Virus record (IMG/VR): IMGVR_UViG_2548876808_000001 | Location: 174-64,173 of that record | DNA: 64,000 bases | Reading direction: 5' to 3' (one strand) | Source of the DNA: a virus | Taxonomy: Duplodnaviria; Caudoviricetes | Shown: positions 8,350-16,972 of the stretch, piece after piece | How positions within the stretch are numbered: the stretch's first letter is position 1 | Layout: each line of letters opens with the position of its first letter | Notes under the pieces: generated by a model | What the model was told of the DNA's origin: nothing | What the model saw: the letters and a program-made list of their open reading frames with translations, nothing else | Database searches by the model: none | Position numbers and translations under genes: made by a program

Positions 8350-9096
8350 TTAAGCGGGCATGAACTTTTGCAGTTCTTTGACTTGTGCTTCGCTATAAAA
8401 ATATTTATTACTATCAGTAAACTTAGTGATAGGGTACGAGCCATCTTCGATAGACTTCAATACAGCTTTAAATTGTTCAGCATTGAATATCCGGCGCTTG
8501 TACTGGTCATATAATTTACCGTCAAGATTGAATGCAGCTGCTTGGGTGGGCGCTGGCAAGAGCAATGCAGGGCTTTCATTTTGATTAGGTGATTGGTACC
8601 TATCTTGCGGATGAACATAGGCATCAGGGTCTTCGCTTGCTTCAGTTGGTATAGCAAAAAGCTGAAAACAAGCGTATTTATAAGCGATGCTCATAGCTTT
8701 GTTAGTGCCCTTGTCGCCTGAGTCCATGGCTTCGCCAAAGGTGACTACGGTATGCGTACTGCCATCAATAGCTGAGATAAAATCAAAGTAACCAGTCACG
8801 GTTGTATAAAAAAGTGAGTAGCCCTTGCTCGTGATACGTTCTTCTGTGCGACGATCTTGAAAGCGTGGCGATATAATGAGTTTATGTTTGGCCATTAGCG
8901 GGCTTAGGGCGTTATACACATCATCGATGCCTCGGAAGTTGTACTGAGCGCTACCAGTGGTTCTTTTGTCTTTACTAATACCAGTAGAGACAATGTCTTT
9001 TTGTACGGCATTGATGGCTTCGTAGACGTGCTTCGCTGTGATCACTGCATTGGCGTCAGATTGATTGGCTATCGTATTCATGGCTGATACCCCCAT
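8350..9096 (-). CDS. erf: ERF family single-strand annealing protein
   Basis: YNFRGIDDVYNALSPLMAKHKL, GEAMDSGDKGTNKAMSIAYKYACFQLFAIPT..DPD. Confidence 0.85.
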   Translation of the reverse strand: MGVSAMNTIANQSDANAVITAKHVYEAINAVQKDIVSTGISKDKRTTGSAQYNFRGIDDVYNALSPLMAKHKLIISPRFQDRRTEERITSKGYSLFYTTVTGYFDFISAIDGSTHTVVTFGEAMDSGDKGTNKAMSIAYKYACFQLFAIPTEASEDPDAYVHPQDRYQSPNQNESPALLLPAPTQAAAFNLDGKLYDQYKRRIFNAEQFKAVLKSIEDGSYPITKFTDSNKYFYSEAQVKELQKFMPA

Positions 9097-9314
9097 AGCT
9101 CACCGTTCATAATTTTGATTATTTGATGATCGGTTGGATTAAGGAAAATTTGCGCTGGCTTGTTAATGAATTGGCCTTGCGCTTGATTGGTTAAATACTT
9201 TTTATCACGTAGCTTTTTATGACGTGGCGGCTTGGCTTGATCTGCCTTTAAGCGCTGTCCTATTTGATGTTTGAACGACGCTATTTGCATTTTAATCATG
9301 AGGTCAGAGTTCAC
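9078..9314 (-). CDS. hypothetical phage protein
   Basis: 78-aa basic ORF in the PL operon. Confidence 0.55.
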   Translation of the reverse strand: MNSDLMIKMQIASFKHQIGQRLKADQAKPPRHKKLRDKKYLTNQAQGQFINKPAQIFLNPTDHQIIKIMNGELWGYQP

Positions 9315-9604
9315 TTTGAATCTCCGTCTGCATAGGCTTTGATCTTGGCCAATGAGGCGTTAGCATCGGCAATCTCTTTGGCGCGCTGGCTATCTTCATA
9401 TTCTTCCTGCGTCATATCATCGTTGTGATCATTGCTGGTGTTTTCGTCAAGCCAAAGCTTGTGCTCTAGATGCACGTTGTCTTCTGCTTCGATGCCGGTG
9501 TCGATAGCCTTAGCACCAGTGACGACTATCACGCTGGTGAGTAGGGCGGATATTGCGAGCTTTGCTGTCAGCTCGATATTGATTTGCTTTATGATGTGTG
9601 CCAC
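9311..9604 (-). CDS. hypothetical protein with signal/TM segment; first gene of the PL operon
   Basis: 97 aa, hydrophobic stretch KLAISALLTSVIVVTGAKA. Confidence 0.65.
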   Translation of the reverse strand: MAHIIKQINIELTAKLAISALLTSVIVVTGAKAIDTGIEAEDNVHLEHKLWLDENTSNDHNDDMTQEEYEDSQRAKEIADANASLAKIKAYADGDSK

Positions 9605-9727
9605 AATTTACGGACTCCGTAGTAGAGTGTTATGTCTCAATCAGTTCGTGCTGATTGGGGCTTTTCTATGCCTGATTGGTTAGTGCCAAGCGCTTTGATT
9701 AAAGCGTTTGCCGTTTCGATGGGATTA

Positions 9728-9756
9728 ATTATGAACTAATGGTTCTTATACGTCAA
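9728..9756 (-). promoter_or_regulatory. PL promoter with OL operator
   Basis: Minus strand TTGACG-N17-CATAAT; the operator ATGAACTAATGGTTCTT (GAAC-N5-GTTC) sits between -35 and -10. Confidence 0.75.
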
Positions 9757-9810
9757 CCTTAATATGAACCATTATACGAATATTAAGAATCAAATATGAA
9801 TTTTAGGTAC

Positions 9811-9836
9811 AAAAAAACCGCCATTTAAGGCGGTTT
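9811..9836 (-). terminator. intrinsic terminator
   Basis: AAACCGCC/GGCGGTTT stem followed by a T run on the minus strand. Confidence 0.65.
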
Positions 9837-9860
9837 GGTGGTAAAGTAATGTGAAATTAA

Positions 9861-10124
9861 TTGTTAAGAATGAGTGTTATGTCACTAGATATCGAAGCTG
9901 AACGAGTTAAAAGTGTATTCATCCCTAAAGGTACTAGAGTAAAAATTCAGGGATGTCCTTTCTATCTTGCGGAAGACACTAAGATTCAGGATCCGTCTGA
10001 GGATAGTCAGCGAATCCTAAACGGTGTGCTTGCAGAAGAAAAGGCAGACATGGATAGCCGTGATGCGCTTAGACAGGCAAGACTAGATGAACGTGCCAGC
10101 GAGTCTATCAAATCCATTGTTTGA
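9861..10124 (+). CDS. hypothetical protein (moron)
   Basis: 87-aa ORF oriented against the flanking operon. Confidence 0.5.
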   Translation: MLRMSVMSLDIEAERVKSVFIPKGTRVKIQGCPFYLAEDTKIQDPSEDSQRILNGVLAEEKADMDSRDALRQARLDERASESIKSIV

Positions 10125-10389
10125 TTTTATCTGTAAGTTCTTTTTTTACGCCATAACTGGACCATTCATTAAGGTCTGCTTTAACAACAAATATAGAATC
10201 ATCGTTGTCAGTGCTACTCATTAAGGCTTCTCTAACCTCTGCGGCATCAAGGCTAGTTTTTATGATATAAAAAGACTCTAGTGGTTTTATCCAGTCTGCA
10301 GAAAGCTGATTAATAGCCTCTTTGACCTTTACGTAATCTTTGTTTAGGTGCAAGTCGTAACTAACCACATAAAAATTAAACATAATCAT
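10108..10389 (-). CDS. stand-alone Cas2/VapD-like ferredoxin-fold protein
   Basis: YVVSYDL...DYVKVKEAI...W..PLESFYII...VREAL...DNDDSIFVV pattern. Confidence 0.55.
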   Translation of the reverse strand: MIMFNFYVVSYDLHLNKDYVKVKEAINQLSADWIKPLESFYIIKTSLDAAEVREALMSSTDNDDSIFVVKADLNEWSSYGVKKELTDKIKQWI

Positions 10390-10624
10390 CCTTATCAGCC
10401 AGTCTCAAGCGTGCTGGCATGTACGCATAAAAATTAACGATGTTCTGAATGATAGAGGACGCTGTTTTTTTCAGCAATCTAGCTTGTTAATCATAACTTG
10501 CTCAGCGCAGGTTGGGTATTCGTAAGTCAATCAATCCTTTATAAACATAAGTAAGATAGTTATTGATGCTGATAGAGGTCAGTGCTATATTCTGAACTTA
10601 CGTCATCTAACCCTAAGGTTGCTT

Positions 10625-10801
10625 ATGAAAACTTGGTCAGCACTTCTTATCTCTATGCTCATGATGTCGCCAGTCGTACAGGCGAATGCTCAGAACTATC
10701 CTTGTTCTAAAAGCATGGGCGGTGTCTCGCATTGTAAAAATGGTAAGTTCGTTTGTAATAACGGCAAGATTAGTCAGTCTAAGAAGGTTTGTACCAGTTA
10801 A
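10625..10801 (+). CDS. ydcA: YdcA-like small secreted cysteine-rich protein
   Basis: Signal peptide followed by PCSKSMGGVSHCKNGKFVCNNGKISQSKKVC, matching the YdcA cysteine pattern. Confidence 0.8.
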   Translation: MKTWSALLISMLMMSPVVQANAQNYPCSKSMGGVSHCKNGKFVCNNGKISQSKKVCTS

Positions 10802-10821
10802 GCTTTGGTAGATTGATAGGC

Positions 10822-10855
10822 AATAAAAAACCCGCTGAGAGGCGGGTTTTTTATT
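10822..10855. terminator. bidirectional intrinsic terminator
   Basis: AATAAAAAACCCGC-TGAGAG-GCGGGTTTTTTATT between convergent genes. Confidence 0.85.
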
Positions 10856-10870
10856 AGAAGTAATTTCTAA

Positions 10871-11779
10871 TTAATCAACAAATTCTAATACTTTAGTGCC
10901 ACACTCTTCAGATGAGTGAGCTATTTGAATATCGATATCGTAACCATCTTTATTCATTTTTTCCAACGAATACAGGCATTTATCTAATTCGTTTCGAATA
11001 TTTATTTGAACTGCTTCAGTAAATACGATCTCATCTACAGGTGGCACATAAATAACTATACTAGCCTTGATAGCTTTTCCTAAAATTTCACAGCAGTTTG
11101 TGACATTAGTGCAACCAACATAATCAATATTATATCGACGATGAATATCATCTAAGTAAGCGGCCGAGATAATCGTACCATAGTATTCTGCCCTCGTATT
11201 GGAATCCCCTAAACTATACTTAGAAATAGGCATATCTACTAACATCCCTTTTTCATTGCTATTATTGGTAATTAGAAAAGGCTCTGGATTATAAATTTTA
11301 TCCTTCATTCCTTTTCTTCTACTTTCAATTTGATTAAATACTTTTTTGCGTAAATCAGTTGTGCCCAGAGCCTGACTTTTCTTTGACTTTTTTTCATTTC
11401 TACATATAAGAGATATCATTGACCCGTATAGATCGTCTAATATTTCGTCAACGCTTTCACCTCGTGCTGTTTGATAGTTTGAATAGATAATGTGAGGAGA
11501 AGGCGTAATTGTATAATTATTATTTGCAAACATCTCGTCAACTACATCAAGCAAAAACTTAATATTTGCAGCTCCACTTATACCAAACAAACACTGAAAG
11601 GCGTCTGTATTTTCTAGAATTCTATAATGGCATTTGCTATTTTTATCTACGAAAACTACACCAACATTGAATATCTCTCCTGAAATTCTATCGGGCATAA
11701 ATCGTACAGTAAACCAGTTTCCTGATATCAAATCACTGTTTTCGTTGCTGTTGAGTAAACTCAGCCATGACGTATTCAT
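10871..11779 (-). CDS. DUF3037-like protein, partner of the HipA-like kinase
   Basis: WFTVRFMPDRISGEIFNVGVVFVD N-terminal signature; ATGA overlap with the kinase stop. Confidence 0.65.
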   Translation of the reverse strand: MNTSWLSLLNSNENSDLISGNWFTVRFMPDRISGEIFNVGVVFVDKNSKCHYRILENTDAFQCLFGISGAANIKFLLDVVDEMFANNNYTITPSPHIIYSNYQTARGESVDEILDDLYGSMISLICRNEKKSKKSQALGTTDLRKKVFNQIESRRKGMKDKIYNPEPFLITNNSNEKGMLVDMPISKYSLGDSNTRAEYYGTIISAAYLDDIHRRYNIDYVGCTNVTNCCEILGKAIKASIVIYVPPVDEIVFTEAVQINIRNELDKCLYSLEKMNKDGYDIDIQIAHSSEECGTKVLEFVD

Positions 11780-12645
11780 ATTAATAGTTCCACTCTAGAT
11801 GTTACTTGTTCAAATGCGTTATCTGCTCTCTTATTTAAGAAATCTAGAAATTCAATATAATCTGATGAGTTTGAGCTATATATAGAATTCATCCAATTAT
11901 TCACTTCATTGTTTATTGACGCAATAGCATTGGAATGCTTGTGACACTCGTGGATCATGCTACTACGAATCTTGACAAATTCTTTTTGTGGCATTAAGTC
12001 CTTCGCGATATCAAAAAGTTGATTCTTATACTTCTTATCTACATCTAAATCACTAGTTAACCAGCCATATCCATATGTGTCATATTTGCATACTAGCATA
12101 TCATTATCAATAACATGATATTTAGCCTTGCCCGTTCTAAGCAAATTTCCCATATGCCTATCGACGTGCGCTATTGTATTATCCATTGCTATGGTATCAC
12201 CTATATGTGACCATTTTGCAAGCTCATCTATTAACTTTTTGCTACGTGTATGATACTCAAATGCGGTTTCACTCTTGTCAATTTTTGAGGTACAGAAAAT
12301 AGGATAGAATTCGTTATCAAAGAATTTCTTTCCTAGCACGGAATCAGAAAACCCAATGTTATCGTTTTCAGCAATATCTTGAGTTGGAATCAAAGCAATA
12401 CATGCATATTTAGGCTGAGGAATTTCTAGAGCGTTAGCTATTAAATAACCAACAATTTCGTTAAACAAAGATCTATCAGTAAAGTCTAAGGGATATATCT
12501 TCCCATACATATCAATAGCCTTGTTTTCATTGGGATGCTTAAAGCTAGCAACAAATACTGGGTTAATATTATTCTTGTCTGTAATCCATCCTTTGAAGTT
12601 ACGATAACAACTTATATCTAGAAATCTAACTATTTTATCGGGCAT
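11776..12645 (-). CDS. HipA-like (PI3/4-kinase fold) Ser/Thr kinase
   Basis: YGKIY (Lys), LFNEIVGYLIA (Glu), HVDRHMGNLL catalytic loop, VIDND Mg-binding motif. Confidence 0.8.
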   Translation of the reverse strand: MPDKIVRFLDISCYRNFKGWITDKNNINPVFVASFKHPNENKAIDMYGKIYPLDFTDRSLFNEIVGYLIANALEIPQPKYACIALIPTQDIAENDNIGFSDSVLGKKFFDNEFYPIFCTSKIDKSETAFEYHTRSKKLIDELAKWSHIGDTIAMDNTIAHVDRHMGNLLRTGKAKYHVIDNDMLVCKYDTYGYGWLTSDLDVDKKYKNQLFDIAKDLMPQKEFVKIRSSMIHECHKHSNAIASINNEVNNWMNSIYSSNSSDYIEFLDFLNKRADNAFEQVTSRVELLI

Positions 12646-12766
12646 ATTTTTCTCCAGTCATTATTTTTGGAATAAGGTATCGAGGCAGTTTTGTATGACT
12701 AATTAACAAGGATTGTTATGAGAAGTTAAATTACAGGAAACTATCTCAAGTATTCTTTCTTTAATC

Positions 12767-13150
12767 CTATCCATACATCTCATCACACACCTTCAGACCA
12801 ACCTCTATAGCATCACTCAAATCAGCACCTTTCTTAATGCTATAAGGGACGTTTGGGGTCATGCCCGCTTGCTTCAGAGATTTAGCCGCAGTTTTATTAA
12901 GGGGTGTACCGATATAAGATTCATTAGTGAATTCGACAGGATGGAAATATATTTCAGGCCCATAATATGCATGAACCCCACATACAATCTCACCCGATAC
13001 GGTAAATGGGTAGGGTGTATTATGATCCGCTCCCCAAAAAGCTTCATGTACTACAACATACCCAGAGCCATAACTGTCATCTTGTGCAGAGGTGCATGCA
13101 GCAATTAGCAATGGGGTTATGAATATTAGTAAATTGCTCTTTTTATTCAT
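12767..13150 (-). CDS. lipoprotein, YebY/DUF2511-like
   Basis: Lipobox LIAAC after MNKKSNLLIFITP (ATG 13150); PFTVSGEIVC...TPLN...GLKVC. Confidence 0.65.
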   Translation of the reverse strand: MNKKSNLLIFITPLLIAACTSAQDDSYGSGYVVVHEAFWGADHNTPYPFTVSGEIVCGVHAYYGPEIYFHPVEFTNESYIGTPLNKTAAKSLKQAGMTPNVPYSIKKGADLSDAIEVGLKVCDEMYG

Positions 13151-13370
13151 CCCATAGTTGCCCATATGCGCCACAATTTCTTTCTAAGGCATTCATAGTC
13201 TCTTCTGTTTCATACTCACCAGCACGCCAAGCATCCACACTAACCTGAATGTATGAGCGACAGTTGCTAGGCAAGCCTGAATCGCCGTATTTAGGCTCAC
13301 TATTAGTGTTATTACTACATGCCAAGATAGGCAATATGGAAATAACGATCAATATCAACCTTCTTTTCAT
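13143..13370 (-). CDS. small lipoprotein
   Basis: MKRRLILIVISILPILAC lipobox; two cysteines in the mature part. Confidence 0.7.
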   Translation of the reverse strand: MKRRLILIVISILPILACSNNTNSEPKYGDSGLPSNCRSYIQVSVDAWRAGEYETEETMNALERNCGAYGQLWDE

Positions 13371-13505
13371 AATCACATCCTTGTGTTATTCAAAGTCTAT
13401 AGCCTCACAGTAGACGCACCATCCGAATGGCAGCGTGTCGACTGGCTTGGCATGTTTCAGAAAGTGGCATATCCAGTAATATTCATATGGTTTCATAAAA
13501 TGACC

Positions 13506-14288
13506 CTATCTGTATCTGGTTACTTTGCTGTCAACGATACCAACAAGCATGCATTCGCCCATAGGAACTATCTTCTGATCAGGCCAGTCTGGATTAAGTG
13601 GCTTTAAGTACATATCTTCAGGACCATTACCCATGATCAACTGCTTAAACGTGGCCTGCTTATCATCGGTGCAGTGAATAACTACTAAGTCGCCATCTTT
13701 CAAATCCCATGGCGATATCTCAGGCTCTACATAGATAATCTCATCGGGTTTAAATTCAGGCCACATGCTGCGTCCTTGAATAATCAATCCAAATGCGCGC
13801 TTAGATAGATTTTGTGGTCGTGGTATCCAATCGATTGCATCATCTACCGTTACAGGCATTACATCCGAAAAACTACCAGCCGCCACCCAGCTAATTACAG
13901 GGATATAACCGACCATTCCATAATCAACTGGAACTCTCTGTGTGCCTTCCGGATCGCTTGAATTGGGCGCGATTCCATCTTTATCGCTTTTTTCTATAGC
14001 TTTTATTTTTTGTATCAAATCGTCACGGCTTGGCTTGGTTGTTTTTTCACCTTGTCCAGCAGCTAACCAGTTGAAGTTAACGCCAAGAAATTTAGCTAAC
14101 GCTTCTATATTGTGGTGATCAGGAAGTGTTTCAGCCTTTAACCATTTGTTGATAGCTCTGTCAGAAATTCCGAATTTCGCCTCTCGCTTTAGACGTTGAG
14201 CACTACCTCTTTGCGTATAACCTTTCTCAGTCAAAGTGTCGTTCAGCCTTTTTGCAAACGCTACTTTTGCGTCATCTGAACTATTCAT
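13506..14288 (-). CDS. cI: CI-like repressor (XRE HTH + S24 autopeptidase)
   Basis: HTH ISDRAINKWLKAETLP; cleavage site VAAG; catalytic GRSMWP and ATFKQL; divergent from cro. Confidence 0.93.
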   Translation of the reverse strand: MNSSDDAKVAFAKRLNDTLTEKGYTQRGSAQRLKREAKFGISDRAINKWLKAETLPDHHNIEALAKFLGVNFNWLAAGQGEKTTKPSRDDLIQKIKAIEKSDKDGIAPNSSDPEGTQRVPVDYGMVGYIPVISWVAAGSFSDVMPVTVDDAIDWIPRPQNLSKRAFGLIIQGRSMWPEFKPDEIIYVEPEISPWDLKDGDLVVIHCTDDKQATFKQLIMGNGPEDMYLKPLNPDWPDQKIVPMGECMLVGIVDSKVTRYR

Positions 14289-14300
14289 GTTTTATTCCTT

Positions 14301-14373
14301 ATGAACCGTTTGTTCAATTGTATTTCCTATTGAATGAAAAGTCAGTACCTGTTAATATGAACCAATTGTTCTT
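14301..14373. promoter_or_regulatory. OR operators and PR promoter
   Basis: ATGAACCGTTTGTTCAA (14301), degenerate ATGAAAAGTCAGTACCT (14334), ATGAACCAATTGTTCTT (14357); PR is TTGAAT-N17-TAATAT at 14330-14358. Confidence 0.75.
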
Positions 14374-14385
14374 AATATAGGAATC

Positions 14386-14643
14386 ATGAACATGCAACAG
14401 ACCCCGTTAAAACTATTTATTGATAATAATTGTGGTGGTGTACCCGCAGTGGCAGAAAAAACAAGCTTAAGTGTCCGAGCTATTTATAAATGGGCAAAGA
14501 AAGGCTCTTTACCGCGTACCGAGTTTACCAGTGAAACAAATTACTCGAAAAACCTTTCTGATCTTTCAGGAATTTCAGCAGATGAGATTAAAGATAGGTT
14601 TAAACCACAACCACAGCAGCAGCTTGAACCAGAAGATGCCTAA
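14386..14643 (+). CDS. cro: Cro-like repressor
   Basis: Small HTH GGVPAVAEKTSLSVRAIYKWAKKGSLPRTEFT, divergent from cI. Confidence 0.85.
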   Translation: MNMQQTPLKLFIDNNCGGVPAVAEKTSLSVRAIYKWAKKGSLPRTEFTSETNYSKNLSDLSGISADEIKDRFKPQPQQQLEPEDA

Positions 14644-14709
14644 CCCCTGCAATAAAAGATACAGAAGTACAGGTTCTAACAAAACGTTTTTAGAAATGGG
14701 TGAAACACG

Positions 14710-15159
14710 ATGAACGTCATAGATGTAGCTCACAGAACAGTACACGACCCCAAACATGGTGGCTCGCCAGCGCTGGCCCTGCGATTAGGTATGACGCCGA
14801 CTGTCTTAAATAGCAAAGTAAATGCGAATTGTAATACTCATCACCTGCGCCTAGACGAGTCGTTAACTCTTATGGAGTTCACAGGCAATCACAACATCAT
14901 GCACGCAATGGCCAGTCGCTTAGGTGGTGTTTACTGCAAAGTGGATTATGTCGACGGTATTGATGAAATGGACATACTCATGACAGCGCTATCTACTTCC
15001 GCATGCCAAGGTGACGTAATGGCGAAAATGTATGAGGCATTGGCAGACGGTCATATCAGTCCAAAGCAAGCCGAAGGTATATTAATAACCATACAAAATG
15101 CAATGTCGACGTTGCAAAAACTGAGATTGCAAATCACAGAAAAGAATGGGGATAGGTAA
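14710..15159 (+). CDS. CII-like (CP76-type) phage regulatory protein
   Basis: AHRTVHD..HGGSPALALRLGMTPTVLNSKVN...HHLRLDE. Confidence 0.8.
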   Translation: MNVIDVAHRTVHDPKHGGSPALALRLGMTPTVLNSKVNANCNTHHLRLDESLTLMEFTGNHNIMHAMASRLGGVYCKVDYVDGIDEMDILMTALSTSACQGDVMAKMYEALADGHISPKQAEGILITIQNAMSTLQKLRLQITEKNGDR

Positions 15160-15161
15160 GG

Positions 15162-16157
15162 ATGAATTCACAACCGTTATCCGACCAGTACACCGAATTA
15201 AGCCGACATCGCAAAGTGCCAAGTGCCACCTCATCAACAATCGACGAAGTAGAAGCATTTGCCAAAGCCAAAGGCATCATCGATTTAGACAATCCTGAAG
15301 TCAAAAAGAAAACCGTCATTAGTGATCTGAGCAATTTTGAGCTTGCGAGATATAAGGCCAAAAAAGAACTTGATCGTTTAGAAGCAGAAGCGCAAGAAAA
15401 CTATAAGAAAGCGCTTTATAACATCAAAGACGGTACCGCTGTCCATCGTGTCAAACATGAACGCACTAAGCCAGCCAAAAAGACAGCAAAAAAAGCCCAT
15501 GAGCCATCTACTCAAAGTAGAGAAGCCAACCGTAAAAGCAAAAAGCCTAAGATTAGAAAATTCGTTAGAGACATACCGACTAGGAATGAGATTGCACAAG
15601 CAAGGCGTGAGGCTATCGTTGAAAAACTTAAAGCTGGTGGCCGTCTCGTCATGTTAAAGCAGCCGACCACAGGGTATTCGTCTGAATATCAGCAGCAGCA
15701 ATCAGACATACGATCAATCATCAAAAATACAGACATTAAGATTGTCCGTATATCCAGCATCAAAACAGATCAGTCCTATTTTGTCATAGATGACTTTGAA
15801 CGTTATCAAGCAGACAAGAAAATAAGCAGCCGATTGGTTAAGAACAGCGGTCATGACTTATTAAAAGCAGTGTGTAGTCGTCAATTACTGCAGGCAAGTG
15901 ATATCGCAGAGTTAAACAAAGATGGTTCACGTGCCATGGCCACTCTCGCACGTAAGTACGACTTTGATATCCATACCGTATTGTCTAGCAACGTCTTAAT
16001 AGGGTGGGTATTGATTGAAAGTACAGATAAGACGTTTGATGCAGTTAAAGAGCGTCAAGGTCTGAAGCTGATGGTTGCCTTTGAGTATTTTAAAAAGGTA
16101 GCTCAGGATACCGATACAACGATTGCAGAAGTTTTGGCTATAAAAGACGGGCAATAA
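15162..16157 (+). CDS. hypothetical basic protein
   Basis: 331-aa ORF in the PR operon. Confidence 0.8.
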   Translation: MNSQPLSDQYTELSRHRKVPSATSSTIDEVEAFAKAKGIIDLDNPEVKKKTVISDLSNFELARYKAKKELDRLEAEAQENYKKALYNIKDGTAVHRVKHERTKPAKKTAKKAHEPSTQSREANRKSKKPKIRKFVRDIPTRNEIAQARREAIVEKLKAGGRLVMLKQPTTGYSSEYQQQQSDIRSIIKNTDIKIVRISSIKTDQSYFVIDDFERYQADKKISSRLVKNSGHDLLKAVCSRQLLQASDIAELNKDGSRAMATLARKYDFDIHTVLSSNVLIGWVLIESTDKTFDAVKERQGLKLMVAFEYFKKVAQDTDTTIAEVLAIKDGQ

Positions 16158-16222
16158 AAAACCCTAATGACTGCGAATCATTAGGGCGGTAAAACCAAAT
16201 ATAGAAATTGGAGTGTATCAGA

Positions 16223-16972
16223 ATGAATATTCTAACGCAAAACAATCAACAGTCTATGACTAGCCAGCAGATCGCTGAATTGGTTGGTAGTCGTCATGAC
16301 AAAGTGAAACAAAGCATTGAACGCCTAGCAACGGACAGAGAGTTAAAACCAGCTGTTATAGCACTTCCCCCAATGGGGGTTGTGCAAATAATGACCAATA
16401 ACCGCTTCTACGATACAGACGTTTATATTTTCACAGGCGAGCAGGGCAAGCGTGACAGCATTGTGGTCGTTGCACAGCTTTCTCCTGAATTTACCGCTGC
16501 ATTGGTTGATCGCTGGCAAGCATTAGAAGCACAAACTAGTGCGCCAGTCATTCCACAAACCTTATCACAGGCATTACGCCTTGCTGCTGATCAAGCCGAT
16601 TTAATAGACCAACAAAATGAGCGACTAGCATTGGTAGAACCCAAAGCAGCTGCATTAGATGTTATCGATAGCGCTATGGGTAGCCTTAATGCGCGTGACA
16701 CCGCTAAATCACTTGGCATTCAACCGCAAAAATTCAATGCATGGTGTATTGCTCATAACTGGATGTACCGTGACGGCAAAGACAAGCTGCAGATGGACAG
16801 CCTACGCATGAAGCAGGGTTTTATGGAACAGCGCCCAGTAACCTATAAGGTTAAAGTTAATCACAACGGTGCTACTTTTTACGAAACACGTGCGACAACT
16901 CAGCCACTATTTACACCAAAAGGCCTTACACATCTTGCTAAGACTTTTGCCATTGTCCACGAGGTAGCCTAA
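16223..16972 (+). CDS. Rha-family / KilAC-domain antirepressor
   Basis: SMTSQQIAELVGSRHDKVKQSIERL (Rha); SPEFTAALVDRWQALE; PQTLSQALRLAADQA; TPKGLTHL (KilAC). Confidence 0.88.
   Translation: MNILTQNNQQSMTSQQIAELVGSRHDKVKQSIERLATDRELKPAVIALPPMGVVQIMTNNRFYDTDVYIFTGEQGKRDSIVVVAQLSPEFTAALVDRWQALEAQTSAPVIPQTLSQALRLAADQADLIDQQNERLALVEPKAAALDVIDSAMGSLNARDTAKSLGIQPQKFNAWCIAHNWMYRDGKDKLQMDSLRMKQGFMEQRPVTYKVKVNHNGATFYETRATTQPLFTPKGLTHLAKTFAIVHEVA

Noticed and set aside
9605-9727. nut/put-like antitermination site in the PL leader
   Set aside because: Two small hairpins are present (CGCTTT-AATC-AAAGCG and CAATCAG-CACGAA-CTGATTG), but there is no clear boxA and no N-like gene, so it is too weak to call
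10108-10389. CRISPR-Cas locus
   Set aside because: Only a lone Cas2-like ORF; no repeat-spacer array or other cas genes were seen anywhere in the window
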